Source: Candidatus Eiseniibacteriota bacterium
GTDB lineage: Bacteria > Eisenbacteria > RBG-16-71-46
Assembly (NCBI GenBank): GCA_044222065.1
Contig: JBGAOA010000006.1
Location: 23,129-87,128 of the forward strand
Reading direction: 5' to 3'
DNA length: 64,000 nucleotides
The first letter of the stretch is position 1. Every line of letters begins with the position of its first letter. A program made the position numbers and the translations under genes. The notes beneath the pieces are model-generated. The model had not been told where the DNA came from. It worked only from the letters and a program-made list of their open reading frames with translations, and did no database searches. Below are positions 11,300 through 22,500 of this stretch, piece after piece.

Positions 11300-11598
11300 C
11301 GCGCACTTCTCCGCTCAGACGACACCATCGATCTCGACTGCGGGATCACGACTAGCCGGCCCGGAGCGACTTCGATTCGGACTGAGCCCAGATTGAACGC
11401 AAGCGGCCTTGCCGTGCGCTGCGCCCGAGTGTTGGGCTCATCGGGCTCCCCAAACGACCACGGCGCGACGAGCTTCTTCGGCTTCTCTCCTGGATACAGA
11501 ATGCTGTCCTCGCCCGCGGATGCGATCGTGGGGAGGACCAACCCGGCGGCCAGCATGAGAGCTGCGATCATCGCGGCCCATCGATGCGTGCGCTTCAT
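11296..11598 (-). CDS. Small secreted protein / putative signalling pro-peptide (100 aa)
   Basis: GAGGAG SD before GTG-ATG. Signal peptide MKRTHRWAAMIAALMLAAGLVLPTIASA, then GEDSILYPGEKPKKLVAPWSFGEPDEPNTR. Its stop overlaps the activator start (ATGA, 11296-11299). Confidence 0.75.
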   Translation of the reverse strand: MKRTHRWAAMIAALMLAAGLVLPTIASAGEDSILYPGEKPKKLVAPWSFGEPDEPNTRAQRTARPLAFNLGSVRIEVAPGRLVVIPQSRSMVSSERRSAR

Positions 11599-12191
11599 CA
11601 CTCGACTCCTCGGAGCTCTCGCTCCACCCGGTGCACTCCGTCGCCCGTCCTGAGCGGAGCGCGCTTCCAAGCAAAGAAACTCCGCCGGGGCACCGGGAGC
11701 AACGCCCTGACAGAGCTTCGCCGCGTGATTCTCGGGTCGTGATGAGGGGATCGCATCAGCCACCAGACCTGAGTCAAAGGTCAACGGGACGCGTCGAGGC
11801 TATTCGCCCGATCGCGAGCGGGTCAACGACATTTTGGTGCGTGCATCGCGACGCGCACTCGAACTCGGAAAACAATTCCTAGCGCCCGCAGCGCCACGAA
11901 TCGCGTGTTCGCCGCGCCAATCGGGGACGTCGCGAGCTGCCCTCGCCGCGAGACGTTGTGGCATTCGAGGCTGCCAGCCTGCCAGTCCCCGCGCAGCGAT
12001 TTCAGGGTCCCGAACGCCACTGAGGCCGTTTTCGCACGACTCCCAAAGGCTCACGCGACTTCGAGCCCCCCCGGCACAGCCCGTGCAGTCCTCGCTCCTC
12101 GCACCGTCCGGACCCGTGCGCGTTTGGCGCCCGCGAACCCGGCGACTCGACCTGGACCCGACTGGCCCGCGCGGCCGATGGAGCCTTCGCG

Positions 12192-13385
12192 ATGAGCACG
12201 ACGCACACCGAGAACCTCAAGTCCGGCTTCATGACGAAGCTCGTTCACGCCGGCGCCGACCACAGCGCGTACGGCAGCGCGGTCACGCCGATCTACCAGA
12301 CGTCCACGTTCGCGTTCCGGAACGCGCAGGAAGGCGCGGACCGCTTTGCCGGCAAGGCCGACGGCTACATCTATACCCGGCTCGGGAACCCGACCATCCA
12401 CGCGCTCGAGTCGTGCGTCGCCGAACTCGAAAAGGGCGTGGGCGGCGTCGCGACCAGCTCCGGCATGGGCGCGGTGCAGTCGGTGTACATGGCGCTGCTC
12501 GCCTCGGGCAGTCACGTCGTCAGCACGGCGTCGGTCTATGGCCCCTCGCGCGGGCTGCTCGAAGACCACTTCGCGCGCTTCGGCGTGTCGGCGACGTTCG
12601 TGGACACCTCCGACGTGAAGAACCTCGAACGCGCGATGCGTCCCGAGACGAAGCTCGTGTACGTCGAGTCGCCCTCCAATCCCGCCATGCAGGTCACCGA
12701 CATCGCGGCGGCGGCGAAGATCGCGCACGCGCACGGCGCGCGGCTCGTCGTGGACAACACGTTCGCCTCGCCCTACCTGCAGCAGCCGCTCGAACTCGGC
12801 GCCGACGTCGTGCTGCACTCGGTCACGAAGTTCATCAATGGTCACGCCGACGTCGTCGGCGGCCTGCTCGTCGCGAAGGACCCGGAGCTGCTCAAGCGCC
12901 TCCGCTCGCTCATGATCGCGACGGGCTGCAACATGGACCCGCACCAGGCGTTCCTCGTCCATCGCGGAATCAAGACGCTCGCGCTCCGGCTCGAGCGCGC
13001 GCAGTGCACGGCGGGCGAGATCGCGGCGTGGCTCGAGGCGCGGCCCGAAGTCGCGTGGGTGCGCTACCTCGGTTTGCCGTCGCACCCGCAGTACGAACTC
13101 GCGAAGCGCCAGATGCGCGGCCCGGGCGCGATGATCAGCTTCGAGATGAAGGGCGGGTACGCGGCCGGCGAGAAGCTCATGAACCGCGTGAAGCTCGCCA
13201 CCCTCGCCGTGTCGCTCGGCGGCGTCGAGACGTTGATCGAGCACCCGGCTTCGATGACGCACGCCAAGATGCAGCCGGCCGAGCGGCTCAAGGCCGGGAT
13301 CAGCGAGGGGCTCGTGCGTTACTCGGTCGGCATCGAAGACCTGGACGACTTGGTCGCCGACCTGCGGCAGGCGCTCGAGGGCTGA
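12192..13385 (+). CDS. megL: PLP-dependent trans-sulfuration enzyme, probably methionine gamma-lyase
   Basis: PIYQTSTF, YIYTRLGNPT, SSGMGA, ESPSNP, VDNTFASP, HSVTKFINGHADV (PLP lysine), AVSLGGVETLIEHPASMTH. Confidence 0.85.
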   Translation: MSTTHTENLKSGFMTKLVHAGADHSAYGSAVTPIYQTSTFAFRNAQEGADRFAGKADGYIYTRLGNPTIHALESCVAELEKGVGGVATSSGMGAVQSVYMALLASGSHVVSTASVYGPSRGLLEDHFARFGVSATFVDTSDVKNLERAMRPETKLVYVESPSNPAMQVTDIAAAAKIAHAHGARLVVDNTFASPYLQQPLELGADVVLHSVTKFINGHADVVGGLLVAKDPELLKRLRSLMIATGCNMDPHQAFLVHRGIKTLALRLERAQCTAGEIAAWLEARPEVAWVRYLGLPSHPQYELAKRQMRGPGAMISFEMKGGYAAGEKLMNRVKLATLAVSLGGVETLIEHPASMTHAKMQPAERLKAGISEGLVRYSVGIEDLDDLVADLRQALEG

Positions 13386-13525
13386 CGGGAGCCGCCCCAG
13401 GCGCGGCTCCGCGCCCGCCGTTCAACACGATCGCCTTCCGTCCGATACTTTCCCCGAGCGAGTCTCGCCGTCGGCGGGGTCGTGCGCGGGCGTCGCGACG
13501 CCCGCAGGACTCGAGGGATCGAGCC

Positions 13526-14860
13526 TTGGAACACGCATTCAATTGCCTGCGCGCCTGGGTGGTGACGGCCGACATGGGGCTCGGTCACCAGCGCGCCGCG
13601 CACGCGCTCGCGCACCTCGCGCAGGACGGCGTGCTCACGGCCGGCAGCCCCGACGTGACCGATCCGGACGAGGCGCGCTTCTGGCGCCGGCTGACGTGGT
13701 CGTACGAGTTCCTGTCGCGCGCGCGGGAAATCCCGCTCGTCGGCAAGCCCGTGTTCGGGCTGCTCGACGCGATGCTCGCGATCCCGCCGTTCTATCCGCT
13801 CCGCGACCTGTCGCACCCGTCGCCGAACAATCACATCGTGGATCACCTGATCCGCCAGGGGCTCGGCCGCTCGCTGCTCGAGCGCCTGCACACGTGCACG
13901 CTGCCGGTGATCACGACGTTCTACGCGCCGGCGCTCGTCGCCGACCGCGCGCACTCGGAGCCGGTGTACTGCGTCATCTGCGACGCGGACCTGAACCGCG
14001 TGTGGGTCGCGTCGAAGGCGCGCGAGAGCCGCATCCGCTACTTCGCGCCGTGCGGGCGCGTCATGCGGCGGCTGCGGCAGTACGGCGTGCCCGACGACCG
14101 CATCTTCATCACCGGGTTCACGCTGCCGCGCGCCAACGTCGGCGGCACCAGCATGGAGGTGCTGAAGGCGGACCTCCTCGCGCGCCTCGGCCGGCTCGAC
14201 CCGCAGGGACGCTTCACGAGCGTCTACGGCGGCACCGTGCGCGAGCTGCTCGGCGAGCGCCCCCAACCCTCGGGCGGACGCGAGCGGGTCACGGTGACGT
14301 TCGCCGTCGGCGGCGCGGGCGCACAAACCGAGATCGGGCTGATGCTCGCGCAGGCGCTCAAGCCCGGCATCCTCGACCGGCGCTTCCGGCTCGTGCTCGT
14401 GTGCGGCGTGAACCGCCTCGTCGAGCGCGTGTTCACGGAGTTCGTCTCGCGCACCGGCCTCGAGAGCGCGCTCGGAGACGGCGTGCTCGTCGTGCGCGAG
14501 GACTCGAAGCCGGCGTACTTCGACCGCTTCAACCTCCTCATGCGCGAGACCGACATCCTGTGGACCAAGCCGAGCGAGCTGTCGTTCTACTCGGCGCTCG
14601 GCATCCCGATCGTCATGGCGCCGCCGCTCGGTTCGCAGGAGGACAAGAACCAGCGCTGGCTCATGGACAAGGGCTGCGCGCTGCCGCAGTACACGCCGAT
14701 CCACGCGCTCGAATGGCTCACGGACATGCTCAAGGACGGCGTGTTCGCCGAGAAGGCGCTCTCGGGTTTCATCAAGAACCGCAAGCTCGGCGTGTACAAG
14801 ATCGAGGAAGTGCTCGAGACCGGCGCGATGAGCCGCGAGACGCACCCGCTGCGGCGCTGA
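13526..14860 (+). CDS. GT-B-fold glycosyltransferase-like protein (MGDG synthase/MurG-like)
   Basis: TTG start after GAGGGA. ADMGLGHQRAA N-terminal motif, VGGAGAQ, and DILWTKPSELSFYSALGIPIV...GSQEDKN. Confidence 0.65.
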   Translation: MEHAFNCLRAWVVTADMGLGHQRAAHALAHLAQDGVLTAGSPDVTDPDEARFWRRLTWSYEFLSRAREIPLVGKPVFGLLDAMLAIPPFYPLRDLSHPSPNNHIVDHLIRQGLGRSLLERLHTCTLPVITTFYAPALVADRAHSEPVYCVICDADLNRVWVASKARESRIRYFAPCGRVMRRLRQYGVPDDRIFITGFTLPRANVGGTSMEVLKADLLARLGRLDPQGRFTSVYGGTVRELLGERPQPSGGRERVTVTFAVGGAGAQTEIGLMLAQALKPGILDRRFRLVLVCGVNRLVERVFTEFVSRTGLESALGDGVLVVREDSKPAYFDRFNLLMRETDILWTKPSELSFYSALGIPIVMAPPLGSQEDKNQRWLMDKGCALPQYTPIHALEWLTDMLKDGVFAEKALSGFIKNRKLGVYKIEEVLETGAMSRETHPLRR

Positions 14861-15065
14861 CGCCCGGCGCGAGCGCGCGCACGCGATTCCCTGTCCACTT
14901 CGCCACAAGGTCACCGCAATCTCTGGAACTTCCGGGGCCCGCGGGCGGGTAAGGTCGTGGGCGAGCGCGGCGGTGCACGCGGGCGGGGCCCGCGCGCCGC
15001 CGTCGCGGGAGGCCGGGCGATCCCGGTTCCCTCACGGCCGCAGGGAGCGGCTCACCGGAGGATGC

Positions 15066-16412
15066 ATGTCCTCGATTCCGTCCGAGGTCGCCGCGGCGCC
15101 GAACGCCGGCCGCGATCAGGCGCTGCGCGTCGCGATCCTGTTCCTGCTCGTGCTCGCGCTCCAGATTCCCTCGCTGTTCATGAGCTTCCTCGTCAACGAG
15201 CGCCGGCACCGACGCGACGAAGCCGCCGCGGAGATCGCATCCAAGTGGGGCGCGGCGCAGACGATCGCCGGCCCCGCGCTCATCGTGCCGTGGACGCGCC
15301 GCTGGAGCGACGTGAACGACAAGGGCGTCCGCCGCGAGCGCGAGTCCCGCGAGCGGCTCGTGCTGCTGCCCGAGTCGCTGCACGTCGCGTCGCGGCTCGA
15401 CACGCAGACGCGCCGGCGCGGCATCTACGAGGTGCCGGTCTACCGCCTCGACGCGCGAATCGCGGGGCGGTTCGAGTCCGTGGACCTCGCGAAGCTCGGC
15501 GTGCCGCCCGAAAGCGTGGACTGGCCGCGCGCGGTGCTCGCGATCGGGATCAGCGACGTGCGCGCGCTGCAGGACCAGGTGCGCCTCGAGTGGGACGGGC
15601 GCTCGCTCGCGTGCGAGCCGGGGACCGAGGACACCGCCGAGCTCGGCGCCGGCATCCACGCCGAGCTGCCGCTCGACGGCCCGCCGTGGGGGCGCACGTT
15701 CGAGCTTCCCGTGAGGCTCAACGGAACGCGCGGCGCCTACTTCACGCCGTTCGGCCGGCAGACCACGGTCGAACTCACCGGCGCCTGGAAGGACCCGAGC
15801 TTCCAGGGCAACTGGCTGCCGGTGACGCGTGCGCTCTCGGACACGGGCTTCCGCGCCGCGTGGAGCATCCCGTCGCTCGGCCGCAACTACCCGCAGGCGT
15901 GGCTCACCTCGCCCGGCGGGCCCGAGGCGATCCAGCGGTCGGCGTTCGGCGTGGACCTCGTGCCCGCGATCGACGCCTACCGCCTGTGCGAGCGCACGGT
16001 GAAGTACGAACTGCTGTTCTTCGTCCTGACCTTCACGGCGTTCTGGCTGCTCGAAGTGCTCGGCGGCCGGCTGCTGCACCCGATCCAGTACGTGCTCATG
16101 GGCGCGGCGCTGTGCCTGTTCCTGATGCTCGAGCTGTCGCTGTCGGAGCACCTCGGCTTCGGCGGTGCGTACGCGCTCGCGAGCGTCGCCGTCGTGGGGC
16201 TCATCGCGTTCTACGCGAGTGCCGTGCTCGGATCGCGCCTGCGCGCCGCACTCGTTGGCGCGGGGCTCGGGCTCCTGTACGCGTGCCACTACGTCGTGCT
16301 GCGGAACGAGGACTACGCGCTGCTGCTCGGCTCGCTGCTGTTCTTCGGCGCGCTCGTCGCGGTGATGGCCGCGACGCGGCGCATCAACTGGTACGGCACG
16401 GCGCGGCGCTGA
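15066..16412 (+). CDS. creD: Inner membrane protein CreD
   Basis: LVNERR...WGAAQTIAGP, RRRGIYEVPVY, PSFQGNWLP, YRLCERTVKYELLF, HPIQYVLMG, LSLSEHLGF, EDYALLLGS, TRRINWY. Confidence 0.93.
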   Translation: MSSIPSEVAAAPNAGRDQALRVAILFLLVLALQIPSLFMSFLVNERRHRRDEAAAEIASKWGAAQTIAGPALIVPWTRRWSDVNDKGVRRERESRERLVLLPESLHVASRLDTQTRRRGIYEVPVYRLDARIAGRFESVDLAKLGVPPESVDWPRAVLAIGISDVRALQDQVRLEWDGRSLACEPGTEDTAELGAGIHAELPLDGPPWGRTFELPVRLNGTRGAYFTPFGRQTTVELTGAWKDPSFQGNWLPVTRALSDTGFRAAWSIPSLGRNYPQAWLTSPGGPEAIQRSAFGVDLVPAIDAYRLCERTVKYELLFFVLTFTAFWLLEVLGGRLLHPIQYVLMGAALCLFLMLELSLSEHLGFGGAYALASVAVVGLIAFYASAVLGSRLRAALVGAGLGLLYACHYVVLRNEDYALLLGSLLFFGALVAVMAATRRINWYGTARR

Positions 16413-16505
16413 CGCGCGGAACGCTCGGGCGGCGGGCGGCGTCCGGCGCGACGTCCGCCCCGCCGCCGCGCCCGCGCCGTGCGCTCGCGGCGGCCACCGC
16501 GGGGC

Positions 16506-19349
16506 TCAGCGCCAGGAGTACGTGAACACCGCCTGCGCGTAACGGCTCAGCGCGCGGTCGCGCGTGTCCTGCACGTAGGTCTCGGTGAGGCTGCGGTTCA
16601 CGCTGCGGTTCGCGTCGAGGACGTCGGTCACGGTGAAGCGCAGTTCGCCGCGCTCGCCCTTCAGGAACTTCTTCCCGAGCGTCGTATTCCACATCACGAC
16701 GTCCTGCCCGTATGCCGAGGGCACGCCGCTCTGCAGCGCGTGCGTCAGTTCCTGCCGCACGACGAAGCCCTTGCCGACGACGGAATTGAAGCGGATCGCG
16801 GCGTTGTGGCTGAAGTAGTCGCCCGAGCTGCTCGTGCTGAGCGTGTTGCGCGCGATGTTGTAGCTCGCGAAGTACGACACGGTGAAGTCGAGGTTCTGGC
16901 TGATGTTGCTCGACAGCACCGCGCCGCTGCGGAGCGCCCACGTCGTGTTGAGGTTCGTCACGTCGTTGATCTTCGTCGGCGTGCGGTTGTACGACCCGCC
17001 GCCGTTGAGGGACAGCACGCTCTTGAGCAGCTTGAGCGGCCGGCTCACGACGCCGAACAGGTTTCCGTTCCACGACTCGCCCAGGTTCACGGGCCGCGTG
17101 AGCTGCGTGCCGCGCGCGAGGAACACGCCGTCCACGGTCGTGTCGGCGAGCGCCGTGAACGTCGCGTTCGCGATCGAGCGGGCCGTGCGCGACACGTTCG
17201 CGAACACGAAGCGGCTCTTCGACGCCATCGGCTCGGCTTCGGAGAAGCGCAGCGAGAAGTTGTTCGTGTAGGTCGGCCGCAGCGAGGGGTTCCCGGTCGT
17301 GAGCGACAGCGGGTTCGAGTTGTTCACGACGTTCTGCAGCTGCCCGATGTTCGGCGCGGCGGCCGACGTGCTCCACGCGAGTCGGAGGCTCCGGCGGTTC
17401 GCGAAGTTCCCCGTGAGCGTCACGGAGGGCAGTACGTCGCCGTACGTGCGGTCGATGCGCTGCGCGCCGGGGAAGGTCTGCTCGGATTCGAGCCGCTGGC
17501 TCTGGGCCGAGAGGTTCGTGAGCCAGCGCCACGGCCCCTTCGTGACGAGCATCGCGAGGCCGCCGTTCTGCACCACGTTGCGGCTCGCGTACACGTTCGA
17601 GAGCGCCGAGTCGGGGCGGGTGTACGCGCCGCTCGCCGGATCGAGCGCGAACGTGCGCGCGTCGGCGTCGCTCTTCGAGAACGACGGGTTGTAGATCGCC
17701 TGCAGCTGCACGCTCTTCGACACCGGCTCGGTGAACGCCACGCGCGCCGACCACGAATCCGTCGTCGTCGTCGAGTTCGAGCGCTGGTCGAGCGTGTCGC
17801 GCGTCGTGGTCGAGCCCTCGTAGTTCGTCGTGAGCGAGTACTGGCCGCCGCCGCCGTCGCGGTCGTTGCGCGAGGAGTTCAGGTCCGCGCTCACGTTGCG
17901 GCCGCGCTTCGCGAAGCGGTGGCGAAGCGTCAGGCGTGCGGAGAGGTTGCCGCCGTCGTTCGTGTCGGTCACGCGGCTCTCCGCCGCGCCGATCACGCCT
18001 CCGATCGTGGACAGGTTCGCGGCGGTGCCGAAGTTCGTCGCGTCGGTGCGCTGGAAGTAGGCGCGCGGCTGGAAGATCACCGAGTTGAGCGAGTCCGGAG
18101 TCCACTCGAGACGCGCATCCACGCGCTGGTTCGCGCTGCGATTGCCCGTCGTCGTGAGCTGGCGGTAGAACGCGAGCGAGTCCTGCGGCGGCACGTACTC
18201 GCGATCGAGCGACTGCAGGTTCTCGGTGTCGGTGTCGTTCACGAACACGCTCGAGCTGACCTGCACCTTCTTGCCCCACTGGCCGACGTAGTTGAAGCCG
18301 CCCGAGTGCGTCGTCGCGATGCCCGGCTGCTGGTCCACGAAGAAGCTGCTCGGATCGAATCCGCCGCCACCGCCGCCGCCCATGCGGATCATCTGCGGGC
18401 GGCCGCCGCCGGGACGGAAGCCGCCCGGACCGCCGTGCATGATGATGCGCGGGCCGCCGCCGCCGCCGCCCGAGCCGCTCATCGAGCCGAACAGGTCCTG
18501 CGGCGAGAAGTTCCGCTGGTTGATGTTGTTCGAGAGCCCGATCAGCGTGAAGCGCGTCGCGCCGCGCACCCAGGTCGCGTTTCCGCCCGTCTGGTAGCGC
18601 TCGTCGTCGCCGCCGCCCGCGTACACCTTGCCGAACGTCGCCTTCTGGTCGCGCAGGATGAAGTTCATCGTGCGCTGCGACTGCGTGTCGTCGAAGCCGC
18701 TGAACTCGGCCTGGTCGCTCATGCGGTCGTACACCTGGATGCGGTCCACGACCTCTGCCGGCAGGTTGCGCATCGCCGCCGTCGGATCGCTGCCGAAGAA
18801 CGGACGCCCGTTGACGAGCACCTGCTGCACGTTCTCGCCCTGCGCCTTCACCTGCCCGTTCTCCAGCGTCACTCCGGGCAGCTTCTGCACGAGGTCCTCG
18901 GCCGTCGCGTCGCGATGGGTCTTCACCGCGCTCGCCCGGTACTCGGTCGTGTCGGCCTTCTGCGTCGCCGGCGCCGGCGACTCCTGCACCGTGATGGGCG
19001 CGAGCTCGATCGAACGCGGCGCGAGCTTCACGTCGCCGAGGTCGTGGTCGGGCTTCGTCACGCGCACGACCTGGTGGAGCGTCTCGTAGCCGAGCCGGGA
19101 CGCCTCGAGCCGGTAGCTGTGCCTGCCGAGGCCCTTGAACTCGAACGCGCCGTCGTCACCGCCGGTCGCGCGCCGCACGTCGGACGTGTCGGCGAAGTTC
19201 GTGAGCTTGATCGCGACCCCGGGCACGGCCACGCCCGTCGACGCGTCCTTGAAGCGGCCGCGCAGCCTCGTGGTCTGGGCGGAAGCGAGCGAGGGAAGGA
19301 CGAGCAGCGCGCAGGCCGCCACGAGCCAGTGGGAGCGGACGGGCATCAC
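16506..19349 (-). CDS. TonB-dependent-receptor-like outer-membrane beta-barrel with N-terminal carboxypeptidase-regulatory-like domain
   Basis: Signal peptide. DTTEY.A...EDLVQKLPGV, VLVNGRPFFG.DP, DRIQVYD, GNPSLRP and terminal FTYSWR. Confidence 0.88.
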   Translation of the reverse strand: MMPVRSHWLVAACALLVLPSLASAQTTRLRGRFKDASTGVAVPGVAIKLTNFADTSDVRRATGGDDGAFEFKGLGRHSYRLEASRLGYETLHQVVRVTKPDHDLGDVKLAPRSIELAPITVQESPAPATQKADTTEYRASAVKTHRDATAEDLVQKLPGVTLENGQVKAQGENVQQVLVNGRPFFGSDPTAAMRNLPAEVVDRIQVYDRMSDQAEFSGFDDTQSQRTMNFILRDQKATFGKVYAGGGDDERYQTGGNATWVRGATRFTLIGLSNNINQRNFSPQDLFGSMSGSGGGGGGPRIIMHGGPGGFRPGGGRPQMIRMGGGGGGGFDPSSFFVDQQPGIATTHSGGFNYVGQWGKKVQVSSSVFVNDTDTENLQSLDREYVPPQDSLAFYRQLTTTGNRSANQRVDARLEWTPDSLNSVIFQPRAYFQRTDATNFGTAANLSTIGGVIGAAESRVTDTNDGGNLSARLTLRHRFAKRGRNVSADLNSSRNDRDGGGGQYSLTTNYEGSTTTRDTLDQRSNSTTTTDSWSARVAFTEPVSKSVQLQAIYNPSFSKSDADARTFALDPASGAYTRPDSALSNVYASRNVVQNGGLAMLVTKGPWRWLTNLSAQSQRLESEQTFPGAQRIDRTYGDVLPSVTLTGNFANRRSLRLAWSTSAAAPNIGQLQNVVNNSNPLSLTTGNPSLRPTYTNNFSLRFSEAEPMASKSRFVFANVSRTARSIANATFTALADTTVDGVFLARGTQLTRPVNLGESWNGNLFGVVSRPLKLLKSVLSLNGGGSYNRTPTKINDVTNLNTTWALRSGAVLSSNISQNLDFTVSYFASYNIARNTLSTSSSGDYFSHNAAIRFNSVVGKGFVVRQELTHALQSGVPSAYGQDVVMWNTTLGKKFLKGERGELRFTVTDVLDANRSVNRSLTETYVQDTRDRALSRYAQAVFTYSWR

Positions 19350-19588
19350 GGGTTCCTCGATGGAGAGCGACGGATTCGGAAGCCGGGGACTCTAGCGGAA
19401 CGCGCCGGCGCACGTCGCGCCGGCGTGCGCCGCGATCGCGGACCCGGCGACCCGCCGGCGGCCGGTCGGGCGAGTAGACGCGACGGAGCGTGGCAGGGTT
19501 GGGTCCCCGGAGGATGAACGCGGCCCGGAACGCCGCGGGCGCGGGAGAGGCCTCCCGCGCCCGCGCGCCGTTCCGGATGCGTCGCGAC

Positions 19589-22500
19589 TCAGGCCGTCAC
19601 GGGCTCCGCTTCCGCCGGCGAAGGCTCGAGCACCGGCTCGAGCGCTTCGTCGCGCGCGTGCGTCTTCGCCACGACGGTGTAGATCGCCGGGACGACGAAC
19701 AGCGTGAAGACGGTGCCGATGATCATGCCGGTCACGAGCGTGATGCCGATGCTGTTGCGCGCGCCCGCGCCCGGGCCGCGCGCGATGATGAGCGGCAGGT
19801 GGCCGAACACGGTCGCCGCCGTCGTCATGAGGATCGGACGGAGTCGCGTCGCGGCGGCCTCGGTGACCGCGCGCCCCTTGTCGAGCCCGGTGCGCTGGAG
19901 CGTGTTCGCGAACTCGACGATCAGGATGCCGTTCTTCGCCACGAGCCCCACGAGCGTGATGAGTCCGATCTGGCTGTAGATGTTGAGCGACGTGAAGCCG
20001 AGGAACGTGAACAGCAGCGCGCCCGTGAGCGCGAGCGGCGCCGACCCCGTCATGATGACGATCGGGTCGCGGAAGCTCTCGAACTGCGCCGCGAGCACGA
20101 GACCGATGAGGATCGCCGACAGCAGGAAGACGGGCAGGAACTTGCCGCCCTCCGTGCGCAGCTGGCGCGACTCGCCGGCGAAGTCGACCGTGTAGCCGGT
20201 CGGCAGGATCTTGCGCGCCTCGGTCTCGAGGTACGTGAGCGCCTGGTCGAGCGGCACCGGCGGCGGGATCACGCCCTGGATGCGCACCGCGTTCAGCTGC
20301 TGGAAGCGCTTGAGCTCGCGCGGCTCGGTCGTGGTCTTGAGCGTCGCGAACGTGGACAGCGGCACGAGCTTTCCGCCCGGGCCCGTCACGTACACCTGTT
20401 CGAGCTGTTCGGGCGTGAGGCGCTCCGCGCGCTTGATCTGCGGGATCACCTTGTAGCTGCGCCCCTGGATGCTGAACCGGTTGACGAAGTTTCCGCCCAG
20501 CATCGTCGAGAGGTCGCGGCCCGCCTGGCCCATGTCCACACCGAGCGAGCGGACCTTGTCGCGATCGAACACGACCTCGGCCTGCGGCTGGTCGAACTTC
20601 AGATCGGTGTCCACGTACATGAACATGCCGCTCGCGTACGCCTTCTGGACGAGCTGGTTCGCGATGTCGGCGAGCTGCTTCGGCTCGGCCGTCGAGGCGA
20701 TGACGATGTCCACGGGGAAGCTGCCGCCGCCGGGGAGCGCGGGCGGGGTCACGGAGATCACGCGAATGCCGGGGATGCGCGACATCTTGCCCGTGACTTC
20801 CATGTTGATCGCGGACGTCGGGCGCTTCCGCTCCGACCACGGCTTCGTGACCATGCCGCCGAAGCCGCCGGTCGGGAACGTGATCTGGAACGTGTTCTTC
20901 ATCTCGGGCGTGGACTTGTACGCCTCGAACATGCCGGTCGTGAACAGGCGCGTCTGATCGAGCGTCGCGTTCGGCGCGGCCTGCACGATGCCGAACACGA
21001 CGCTCTGGTCCTCGGCCGGAGCGAGCTCCTTCTGCGAGAACATGTAGAAGGGCACCATCAGCAGCACGACGATGAGCCACAGCGTGAGCACGACCGGGCG
21101 GTGGCGCAGCGTGCCCGCGAGCGCGCTCGAGTAGCCGTCGCGGACCTTGTCGAACTGGCGGTTCACGAAGCCGGCGAAGCCGCGTTCGCTGTCGCCCGCG
21201 CGCAGCAGCCGCGACCCCATCATGGGCGAGAGCGTGAGCGCCACGATGCCCGACACGATGACGGCGCCCGCGAGCGTGAACGCGAACTCGCGGAAGAGCG
21301 AGCCCGTGAGGCCGCCCTGGATGCCGATCGGCGTGTACACCGCGGCGAGCGTGATCGTCATCGCGATGATCGGCCCGATCAGTTCTCGGGCGGCGAGGAT
21401 CGCGGCGTCGAACGGCTTCCGGCCCTCGTGCACGTGTCGTTCGATGTTCTCGACCATGACGATCGCGTCGTCCACGACGAGTCCGACCGACAGCACGATC
21501 GCGAGCAGCGTGAGCAGGTTGATCGTGAAGCCTGCCACGTTCATCAGGAACACGGCGCCGATGAGCGAGATCGGGATCGCGACGACTGGGATCACGAGCC
21601 CCCGGACCGATCCGATGAAGAGGAAGATCACGACGACGACGATGAGCAGCGTCTCGGTGAGCGTCTTCAGCACCTCGTGGATCGCGTCCTCGATGTTCTC
21701 GGTCGCGTCGTACGGGATGCCGGCCGTCATGCCCACGGGCAGCTCGGCCTGCACGTCCTTCATCGCCTCGCGCACGCGGTGGATGACGTCGAGCGAGTTC
21801 GCGGTCGGCAGCACCCAGATGCCCATGAACGTCGCGGTCTCGCCGTTGAAGCGCACTTCGGTGTCGTAGTCCTCGGCGCCCAGCACGACGTCGGCGACGT
21901 CGCCGAGCCGCACGATGTCGTCGCCTTCCTGCTTCACGATGAGCTGACGGAACTCGTCGGGCGTCTTGAGGTCGGTGTTCGCGACCAGGTTCACCGACGT
22001 CATCGTGCCCTTCGTGCGTCCGAGGGCCGAGAGGTAGTTGTTCTGCGACAGGGCGGTCCACACCTGCGTCGGCGACAGCCCGCGCGCCGCCATGAGGTTC
22101 GGCTTGAGCCAGATGCGCATCGCGAACGTGCGGCCGCCGAGGATGTCGGCGCGCTGCACGCCGCTCACGGCCGAGAGCCGCGGCTGGACGACGCGCACGA
22201 GGTAGTCGCTGATCTGGTTCTGGTCGAGGTCCTTCGACGCGAACCCGAGGTACATCGAGGCGAACTCGGAGTCCGCCGTCTGCACTTCGATCACGGGCGC
22301 CTGCGCCTCGGGCGGGAGGTCGTTGCGCACCTGAGCGACCTTCGCCTGGATCTGGGTCAGCGCGGCGTTCGTGTCGTAGTTGAGCTTCAGGTGCACGGTG
22401 ATCGTGCTGACGCTCTGAGCGCTCGAGGACTCCATGTAGTCGATGCCGTCGGCGCTCGCGATGACGCGCTCGAGCGGCGTCGTGATGAAGCCGCGCACGA

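Noticed and set aside
11660..11980. Sigma54 promoter for the peptide-activator operon
   Set aside because: The candidates have GG-to-GC spacing of 9, 11 or 12, not 10. The TGGCA-N8-TGCCA palindrome at 11959-11976 is too weak alone.
11900..12190. SAM riboswitch before methionine gamma-lyase
   Set aside because: No recognisable SAM-I/II consensus or terminator by eye; an Rfam scan would be decisive.
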